Under the pieces are notes generated by a model, which saw only the letters and a program-made list of their open reading frames with translations, made no database searches and was not told where the DNA came from. Below are positions 57,383 through 64,000 of a stretch of 64,000 nucleotides of DNA, one piece after another (positions within the stretch are counted from its first letter, which is position 1; every line of letters starts with the position of its first letter). The DNA is from a virus, in IMG/VR virus record IMGVR_UViG_3300032738_000111, positions 14,241-78,240 of that record; one strand, given 5' to 3'. The translations under genes and the position numbers were made by a program.

Positions 57383-57967
57383 TTACACAATCAACTTGTC
57401 CAGTCGCCTGTATCTATCCAGCACCATCTTGACTTGACTGGCAAACCCACTGCTCTCATCATAGCTGATAGATACCCCGTCCGCCGCCTGTGCAGCTATG
57501 CCTATCCGTTCGCGATGGTCAATCTCGAAGAGTATCTGGTCAATCAGCGCGGTCTTGAGGCCAGCAGGGAATGTCGCCTCATCATAGCCGCCGCTGTACA
57601 CTATCTTGACTGAGGCGTCGCCATTGTAGAACACCGACTCCCCATTGAATAGTTGCACCTTGCCAGCGTCCTTGTACTCGGTCTCGTCTATCACATCATC
57701 ATCGGCGTCAATAGTCACCGCCGCTACCTGCTCGTTGTGGGTCAGCGTAGTTATCGAAACCCACGGAGGGTTGTCCACGTAGAAGAAGCTGGGGTTGCCT
57801 ACAATGTCATGGTGCTCAGTGCGCGTGGCAAGCTCAAACATACGCATACAGTAGGCTTCAGCCTTGGCGGTGACCGAATCAATCCTGCGCAAGATACGAG
57901 CGTCAAGCTGCGCACCCGCGATACCACCTTCGTCTTTGACATCATCGAGCGTTATCAGGTCGGGCAT
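57383..57967 (-). CDS. Head-tail connector protein
   Basis: LITLDDVK, AEAYCMR.F, VKIVYSGGY, LDRYRR. Confidence 0.85.
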   Translation of the reverse strand: MPDLITLDDVKDEGGIAGAQLDARILRRIDSVTAKAEAYCMRMFELATRTEHHDIVGNPSFFYVDNPPWVSITTLTHNEQVAAVTIDADDDVIDETEYKDAGKVQLFNGESVFYNGDASVKIVYSGGYDEATFPAGLKTALIDQILFEIDHRERIGIAAQAADGVSISYDESSGFASQVKMVLDRYRRLDKLIV

Positions 57968-58236
57968 GTTCTCTCCTTCTCCGCCTGCCGTTCCTCAAAG
58001 AACCTGCGAGTCTCTTGGAGCCAATATCGAATATTCTGATAGCCGATATGGTCTGGCATAACTTGCAGGATGTTTTCAATTGCTACGATATTCTGAGTGT
58101 ATATCAGGCTTTCCCACGTTAGCATATCGCAGACAACATCCAGTATGGGTTCGCGCCAGCGCGGGCGCATATGGCGCCCGCCTGAGGCAAGGCCTTGTGC
58201 GATACCTCGTGCCTCCTGCTGTAAGTCAGGTTGCAT
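57955..58236 (-). CDS. Hypothetical protein
   Basis: GGAGG Shine-Dalgarno; overlaps the connector start. Confidence 0.5.
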   Translation of the reverse strand: MQPDLQQEARGIAQGLASGGRHMRPRWREPILDVVCDMLTWESLIYTQNIVAIENILQVMPDHIGYQNIRYWLQETRRFFEERQAEKERTCPT

Positions 58237-58272
58237 CGCCGCCCGCCTCCGTGTGCGTACTCAAACATGCGC

Positions 58273-58782
58273 CTACGCATCTAGGCCCAACAGGTATGCA
58301 GTAACGAATTCGCCGAGTTTACCGTCGAGCACCGCCTGCGCATCCACAACCTCAACACTGGTACGGTGGTCCTTGACCATTGTGTACGGATGTAATACGT
58401 ATGACCGTATCGGCGGATTGCTCTTGGGTACGTGTGGAATATCGCAGCAGTCGTCGATATCCGGCATTACACTAACTGCGGCAAAGCTCGTGTGTCGGCG
58501 CTTCGAAGCATCGAATGGCGATATCCTCACTAGGCGATGGACACCCGCCTCGCCATTGAGTTGACCATAGGCACCAAGACCACGGACTGTAGCTACAACC
58601 AGGCGAATGCCAGGACCATCACCGCGAATTGCAGAACCCACTGTGAACTCATAGCCATTGATTTCGGCAAAATGCCGATACATCCGCAGCAGTATTGCCG
58701 CCCAAGCGCACGCCTCGATGTTACCGCCCCCCGCATTCACCGACAGAACTGCTGACTTTTCATCCAGCACTAGTTTATACAT
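58273..58782 (-). CDS. Mini release factor 2 homologue (domains 2 and 4 only; SPF present, GGQ domain and domain 1 absent)
   Basis: AGGG..EA.AWA..LLRMY, AYG.L.GEAGVHRLVRISPFD..RRHTSFA, joined directly to IRSYVLHPY.MVKDHRT...VLDG.L..F. Confidence 0.9.
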   Translation of the reverse strand: MYKLVLDEKSAVLSVNAGGGNIEACAWAAILLRMYRHFAEINGYEFTVGSAIRGDGPGIRLVVATVRGLGAYGQLNGEAGVHRLVRISPFDASKRRHTSFAAVSVMPDIDDCCDIPHVPKSNPPIRSYVLHPYTMVKDHRTSVEVVDAQAVLDGKLGEFVTAYLLGLDA

Positions 58783-58786
58783 CTGC

Positions 58787-59422
58787 TCAGTCCTCGTGGA
58801 CCTCCAGCTTCTTCTCATACTCCAGCCGCCCGCGTCGCGGCCAGCAGCCAATCGCGTTCCCCTCAAACGGGTACTCGTACAATATCCAGTTAGCCCTGTC
58901 TTCCATATCGCCGTCGATGTCTTCCATCCCGCGCATTGTCAGTATGCCAGTAGCGCGCTCCCCCTCACGCGACCACTCTATCGCCCAGACAATGACCTCC
59001 GCCGCCACATCAGTGCTTACCGTTTCTGGGCAACTAATCTCGACCTCGTCCATGTTTTCGGGATAGCGGTCATGTTTGTTGAGCATCATCAGCGGGATGG
59101 GCTTGGGTGGCCTCAACACTAGCAGGTAGGTCACAGCCCAGTCCCCCGCCTCCGCAATCTCTATGCCCACTATCTGCTCGGGCTCTGTCTCAAGCAGCGC
59201 CGCCGCAGTTAGCTTGCCGAGTTGCCCGTTGCGGAGTGTTGCTGATGGACTGAGTACGATTTCGGATAGCGCCCGCCCCTCCAGAATTGCCAAGGTGACT
59301 TCGCTGCGGTAGTCGAGCCAGCGTTGCGCGATAGCATCACGAGCAACCATTTCGGCGGCCCGCCAGACTAGCTGCCAGTTGAAGTGCTTGGTCTCAGACT
59401 TCGTCTCTGCCGCTGTTGTCAT
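58787..59422 (-). CDS. Hypothetical protein
   Basis: 211-aa ORF directly upstream of the mini-RF2. Confidence 0.65.
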   Translation of the reverse strand: MTTAAETKSETKHFNWQLVWRAAEMVARDAIAQRWLDYRSEVTLAILEGRALSEIVLSPSATLRNGQLGKLTAAALLETEPEQIVGIEIAEAGDWAVTYLLVLRPPKPIPLMMLNKHDRYPENMDEVEISCPETVSTDVAAEVIVWAIEWSREGERATGILTMRGMEDIDGDMEDRANWILYEYPFEGNAIGCWPRRGRLEYEKKLEVHED

Positions 59423-59705
59423 CCCCTGTATCAGTCCATCTACCCAGCAACTGCTTTACAGTTCGCATAGTCTCAATTAGCTTTGTGTATTCATCAGTGG
59501 GTATCTGCCACAACACCCTTTCGCCCGAACAGATAGTAGCCATCATCATCACCGCCCTTGTTCCCATTCAAGTTGCTCTATGCGCCTCGTCAAGCTCCTG
59601 ATGCGGGCATCTATTAGCCGCAGGGCTGTTGACAGAGAGATTGCTGCCGTGGGGCTAAACTCTGCAAAACTATCAGCAACATCCTCCTCCGTACAACCGC
59701 CGTAG

Positions 59706-60107
59706 CTAAGTACCAGCTCCTCTGTTGACAGCACCTTCGTCTTTGCCATCATCCTCGCCCCTTTTACTATCCTGCTCGCTGCCCTGTTCGTCAGTATTCT
59801 TACCCAACAACTCCTTCACCATTTCCAAGTCATCCATAGTCAGCCGCAACACCTCTTCATCACCCAGGCAGATAGCAATATCCTGACCGGCGGGGAAGCT
59901 TATGTATGTAACGCCGAGGGGCTCATATACAGCATCCAGCCGCTGTTCCTCGGGACTGCGCTCAGGCCCTGCATTGCTTGCGGTAACAGTTAGGTCAATC
60001 TCGGAAGGACCGTACAACCCATACACGATGTCCGGCATATCGCCCTCATCCTTCTCCACCTCATGCACGATGTTCAGTACATTGCCATCATTCTTCTCCG
60101 CCATCAT
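59706..60107 (-). CDS. Acidic hypothetical protein
   Basis: Part of the coupled operon. Confidence 0.55.
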   Translation of the reverse strand: MMAEKNDGNVLNIVHEVEKDEGDMPDIVYGLYGPSEIDLTVTASNAGPERSPEEQRLDAVYEPLGVTYISFPAGQDIAICLGDEEVLRLTMDDLEMVKELLGKNTDEQGSEQDSKRGEDDGKDEGAVNRGAGT

Positions 60108-60381
60108 CCTCGCCCCCGTTGTCGCCCTTGGCTTCCTCGGCGCTTGCAATGACCTTCCGGTTCTCTGGCGCAACCCTCTTCGACGCCGTTGCGGGAGCGG
60201 CGCGCAACCGAATAGTCTGCGCCAGGACAAATGCGTCCATGTCCTCCCAAGTAGTGGGGTCGGCACGCAGTATATCAGCCTCGCCATCGCTTACTGTAAC
60301 GCAATCGCCCTCCGCGACATCCGGCGACCCTATCACACCATCCGGCAACTTTGCATCCTTCTTAGCTCGGAACCTCGGCAT
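60088..60381 (-). CDS. Hypothetical protein sharing a module with 60362-60880
   Basis: EGDCVTVSDGEADILRADPTTWEDMD; APENRKV tail. Confidence 0.6.
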   Translation of the reverse strand: MPRFRAKKDAKLPDGVIGSPDVAEGDCVTVSDGEADILRADPTTWEDMDAFVLAQTIRLRAAPATASKRVAPENRKVIASAEEAKGDNGGEDDGGEE

Positions 60382-60880
60382 CGGCTTGCTCCATTTCGAT
60401 TTGGGCCTCGTCCATCTCTTCCCAGTTGTCGGCATCGGCGCGCATTATCTCAGCCTCGCTAGCGGTGACGGTAACGTAGCCCTCCTCGTAAACGATAGTT
60501 GGGCCTTCAACGCCATGTGGTAAGTAGGCGTCACACATTGCCTTGAATGTTACCCCCACGTTACCAGTCTCCTGCTTGCGCTGAATGGCGGCCTTGGCAA
60601 ACTTGGCTACCGCCGCCTCATCATCTTGCCAGTCCGCGTTCTCGATTGAAGCCGCTAGCAAGACAAGCGCGTTATCGAATGTCGGCGCATTTGCCCGGAT
60701 CACGTCGTACCTATATTGGTATTCGCGGTTGGGCCACAACTCCTTGCGTGCTACCGCAGTGACGCCGCCGCGCAATGTCATGTTCTTCCCGTAGGTGATA
60801 CCACTCTCCCATTCAATGACCAAGGCGCATCCGTGTGATTCGAGCTCCTGTAGTAACGCGATTAGCTTAGAGTGCTCCAT
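60362..60880 (-). CDS. Hypothetical protein
   Basis: EGYVTVTASEAEIMRADADNWEEMD. Confidence 0.6.
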   Translation of the reverse strand: MEHSKLIALLQELESHGCALVIEWESGITYGKNMTLRGGVTAVARKELWPNREYQYRYDVIRANAPTFDNALVLLAASIENADWQDDEAAVAKFAKAAIQRKQETGNVGVTFKAMCDAYLPHGVEGPTIVYEEGYVTVTASEAEIMRADADNWEEMDEAQIEMEQADAEVPS

Positions 60881-62060
60881 CTTCCTCCGCCCCTTTCTCT
60901 ATCCGCGCAGCCTCCTCGTTGCTCCACGGCTTCAGGTCGAGCAACGGAACCTCAGGCTCATCGGCAGTCTCCATATCCGCAAACGCCGGCTTGCCCTCCC
61001 TGCCCTTGTGCGCCCATTCCTGTATCACATCATAGGTCGGCTTCTTCTTCCCGTCACTCGTCATCAGTCCGCAGAAGCCGCCCCAGTGTTTGGCAGCATT
61101 CAAGTCGGGGTCATGGTCAGATAGTTCGTGTACTATTACAACCTGAAACCCATGCCGCTCCATTATCTCAAGGTCGGTCTCATACCACTCCACGGCCTCT
61201 TCGCACGTAAGCTGCTGGACGCCCTCCTTGACTACGACGCTTTTTAGGTATTCCTTGAACTCCTCCGGTATATCTGGCGGTAGCGTCGGGTAGCCCCACT
61301 CAGTACAGGCAAAGGGTTGATTGGTGCCCGCCGCCTCAAGGTTCCTGCGGATTTCGGCGTATCCTCTTTCGGCCAAATCGGTAGCGCGGGCGCGGTCGCG
61401 GATGTGCATGAAGTACGGATGCCAATTGGCGACCTCGAAGCTCTCTGCCGCGCCCTCCTGCAACAGGCCGAGGATGAAGTTTATGTCCAAGTCCATCCCA
61501 TAGCCGCCATTCCAGACGCGCGCCGACGGCATGACATCATGTATCGCTTCGTGAATAGCAGTCAGGATAGCCGGATATGCCTGGTGCTTGTCAAACATGC
61601 CTCGGCTTACCCAGGCGCAACGGTACTCGCCCCAGAACTCATAGTCCTCGCATAGGTCTTTGTGCAACTCGACGAATGCCCTGGCATTGTCGGCGAGCCG
61701 ACCGTTTGCGATGGCCGAAGCAACCTCTTGATTGTGAATGATGATTTCTTGGATGCGTTCGGGGCTGTCGCCAGGTTGCTTCCCCAGCAGCTTGCCCTCC
61801 TCATTCAGCCGTACCTGCGCGTCAATAGCGATAGTGCTCAGGTACTCAACCGAACCGTGCATGTCTAGTACGCAACGCAGGCCGGCCTCGCGCGCCGCCT
61901 CAAGCCGTGGCCGCATATCATCAACACGCTGGTCCTCAATGATATTCGCCCCGATTTTAGTCCAACTGAAGCCAAGGTCCTTACAGTGCCCGGTATAATC
62001 ATCTAGTTCCCGATATGGCCCGGAGTGTTCTTTGTTGAATGCGTGTATGCCGATTTCCAT
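60867..62060 (-). CDS. Clan GH-A glycoside hydrolase-like TIM barrel (GH5/GH39-like)
   Basis: DLGFSW, YEFWGE (acid/base), ANWHPY, CTEWGY (nucleophile), FCGLM...KKPTY. Confidence 0.75.
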   Translation of the reverse strand: MEIGIHAFNKEHSGPYRELDDYTGHCKDLGFSWTKIGANIIEDQRVDDMRPRLEAAREAGLRCVLDMHGSVEYLSTIAIDAQVRLNEEGKLLGKQPGDSPERIQEIIIHNQEVASAIANGRLADNARAFVELHKDLCEDYEFWGEYRCAWVSRGMFDKHQAYPAILTAIHEAIHDVMPSARVWNGGYGMDLDINFILGLLQEGAAESFEVANWHPYFMHIRDRARATDLAERGYAEIRRNLEAAGTNQPFACTEWGYPTLPPDIPEEFKEYLKSVVVKEGVQQLTCEEAVEWYETDLEIMERHGFQVVIVHELSDHDPDLNAAKHWGGFCGLMTSDGKKKPTYDVIQEWAHKGREGKPAFADMETADEPEVPLLDLKPWSNEEAARIEKGAEEDGAL

Positions 62061-62098
62061 TGTCTCAGTGCCCCTTTGTATTGTCAAAGTGCGCGGTG

Positions 62099-62908
62099 CT
62101 AGTCTGTACTCAAGTGCGCCGTCACTAAGCGCATCGCATGGACTACGTCTATCACTACCGCAAAGTCCGCTGCGGGCGACGGGTACGAACCATAGCCGAC
62201 AGAGAGGCCGACCGCCTGCGGCACGTGTTGCGAAATTGTATGTGCGTCTGACTGCTCGCCCTCTTCCGCCCAGGAATAGGCCAGGCCCAGCTCCCGCGAG
62301 AATATCATCAGGCGGTCAACGAACCAGTCCGAGGCAGTAGCGCGGCGGTTGTACACCGATACAATGTCCTGCTTGCCGGGCCGGTCGAGACACAAGCAGT
62401 AGTCCAAGCCTGCGAAGAAGTCCGCATCAACCGCCGTAGCTCCCCCGTTCTCGTTAGCCCGTTGTGCGCTCAGTAGCACACGGAAGGGCAAGTTGGTGAC
62501 TTCAGCCAATGCCAGGATTATCGCGATGCCACACTTGTCATCTGCGCCGATGCAAAGCGTCTCGCCGCCATCATCCTGGCCTTCGATTTGTAGCAACCCT
62601 TCCTTCTCCGGGAAGGCCAGTGCCGCTGAGTTCAACCGCGCCAATACCTCTACATCGCGCATCTGCTGAGCGGTGTCCATGTGGGCGGCCAGCAGCGTTG
62701 CCTGTGCCCCCTCGTCACCGCGCGAGGCTAGTAGGTTACCATTGGCATCCTGCTCCGCCGTGAAGCCTGCGTCGGTAAGGGCAGTGCGACAGTAGAGCCG
62801 GACGCCCTTCTCCGCACCGCTCGGCGATGGTAGTAGGAATAGCTGCTTCAGGTGTTGCGTAATTGAGAGGTACTCATCTAGCCCCGACGACTGCACCCGT
62901 TCGCCCAT
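62099..62908 (-). CDS. M20/M28/M42-like zinc peptidase fold, catalytic site partly degenerate
   Basis: PSPSG.E, D.NGNL, AHMD, GADDKCG, LDR; lacks the EE motif and the C-terminal His. Confidence 0.75.
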   Translation of the reverse strand: MGERVQSSGLDEYLSITQHLKQLFLLPSPSGAEKGVRLYCRTALTDAGFTAEQDANGNLLASRGDEGAQATLLAAHMDTAQQMRDVEVLARLNSAALAFPEKEGLLQIEGQDDGGETLCIGADDKCGIAIILALAEVTNLPFRVLLSAQRANENGGATAVDADFFAGLDYCLCLDRPGKQDIVSVYNRRATASDWFVDRLMIFSRELGLAYSWAEEGEQSDAHTISQHVPQAVGLSVGYGSYPSPAADFAVVIDVVHAMRLVTAHLSTD

Positions 62909-63240
62909 GCCGGCATTGCCCCTCTTACCCCAGTATTATAGGTCTTCGGGCTCCCATGAGCGGCAGCCGAAGGTTGATTTACATAAGCCAACTGGAGCAC
63001 CGGCCCTTGCACACCGGCCCCCGCTAACCCCAAACAGCCGCCTCTCCCAGAAGCGGCAGTGCTTGCATGTGCGCTGCGCACGTTCAAGCTCAGCTGCATT
63101 TCCAGAGAACCCTATAATAGTTACCCCGCACGGATACCCAGTGTCACCGATGTCTATCGTTGCTTCCCTTGCCGAGCAGTCAACGCCATCTATCGTTACG
63201 GGAAACCTAGTGGGTATCGCCATTGCCCTCGCCCCTCTCA

Positions 63241-63507
63241 CTACGCCGGATACACCCTGCCCATACCCGTAGTATCGCGAGGGCCGTGGCGCGGCTTGAC
63301 CTCTGGTGCCGCTTCCGTATTGACGACCTCCACCTGCGGCTCGTCAATCCACACTGGCTTATATACATCGCCATCCTCGCTCAACTCTTGCCTCTGTACG
63401 AGCACCTGCACGCAACCATACAGATACTCTGCGCGGGCGGTCACCTTGCCCTCATAGCCCGTGATGCTGTCCTGTACAACCTGCCCTAGCTTTACTGTCT
63501 TTGCCAT
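63241..63507 (-). CDS. Small SH3-like phage protein
   Basis: LGQVVQDSITGYEG.VTAR.EYLYGC....VQ...WIDE. Confidence 0.65.
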   Translation of the reverse strand: MAKTVKLGQVVQDSITGYEGKVTARAEYLYGCVQVLVQRQELSEDGDVYKPVWIDEPQVEVVNTEAAPEVKPRHGPRDTTGMGRVYPA

Positions 63508-63532
63508 TGGACTGCCCCTTTCGTCTTACATT

Positions 63533-63979
63533 CTACCTCTTCGGCAGCAACTTGTCAAAGTCTATCGTCGGCTTCGTCGTCGTAGCCCCGCCCTGCGCAA
63601 TCCACTCCTTGACCGGATAGCCCTCCCAGTCAAACTCCGCGCGGTACTTGTCAAGTCGCGCCTGCGTAGCGGTTAGGTGGTTGTAGTCTTTCACGCCCTC
63701 GCCATAAGCTATCAACTGTTCGCTCGGCTCAGGATTAGCCATGTCGCAACCGGCCTTCAGGTAGTCCTTCCAGCACCACGACAAGCGCATACGCGGCTGC
63801 ACTAGCCACGTCCATAGGCCGATGCTCCACCTGACCATCTCCGGCGTGCAGGGCGCGTGGGCTAGCTGCGTGTCGTATACCCAAAACTCCTTCTTGCTTG
63901 CTTCGATGAGTCGCTTGCAACCGTGCATATCGCCGCCGATGATGATACTCACGCAGACAATATCGAGCAGCGGCACCAT
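63533..63979 (-). CDS. Hypothetical protein (start may lie further upstream)
   Basis: ORF near the window edge. Confidence 0.5.
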   Translation of the reverse strand: MVPLLDIVCVSIIIGGDMHGCKRLIEASKKEFWVYDTQLAHAPCTPEMVRWSIGLWTWLVQPRMRLSWCWKDYLKAGCDMANPEPSEQLIAYGEGVKDYNHLTATQARLDKYRAEFDWEGYPVKEWIAQGGATTTKPTIDFDKLLPKR

Positions 63980-64000
63980 GTTCTTGATGTTCGGGTAGCA

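Larger units (their letters stand above)
1..64000 (-). mobile_element. Tailed dsDNA phage or prophage genome segment (siphovirus-like), probably circularly permuted
   Basis: Contains terminase, portal, neck, tail tube, tape measure, lysis and replication genes, all co-oriented. No host housekeeping genes. Capsid and protease are absent but would fall between the portal (left end) and neck genes (right end). Confidence 0.95.

Noticed and set aside
58273-58866. Annotation as functional prfB or prfH, or a frameshifted RF2
   Set aside because: No GGQ domain in this ORF or the listed neighbouring ORFs, no domain 1, and no upstream RF2 N-terminal fragment in another frame.
1-64000. Stop-codon reassignment (alternative genetic code) suggested by a phage release factor
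   Set aside because: Genes are full length under the standard code, all three stops end genes cleanly, and no suppressor tRNA is present.

Overview
The window is part of a tailed dsDNA phage (or prophage) genome with a siphovirus-like tail module. Every credible gene is on the minus strand, so transcription runs from high to low coordinates. In that order: an accessory block (64.0-58.0 kb) with a degenerate M20/M28 peptidase, a clan GH-A glycoside hydrolase and a truncated RF2; neck and tail genes (58.0-37.9 kb) with two tandem tail-tube paralogues, a -1 frameshifted chaperone, a tape measure and fibres; a lysis cassette (37.7-36.1 kb); a sigma70-type promoter and a tightly coupled early/middle block (35.9-6.6 kb) covering regulators, recombination, TnpB, HNH, replication initiator, DnaC-like loader, three DNA methyltransferases and a split sigma factor; a tRNA and structured-RNA cluster (6.3-5.8 kb); then ParB-like, terminase and portal-MuF genes. 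No capsid, prohead protease or integrase gene is seen, so these probably lie outside the window. The strongest novelty candidate is a possible translation-termination hijacking system. It has three parts: a mini-RF2 that keeps the SPF stop-decoding domains but lacks the GGQ catalytic domain; a sharp early (UGA-rich) versus late (UAG/UAA-rich) split in stop codons; and arm-deleted tRNA-like RNAs. Other highlights are a split, order-reversed ECF-like sigma factor and a shared promoter plus structured leader in front of two unrelated nucleases (HNH and TnpB). All calls come from reading motifs by eye. No database searches were run.
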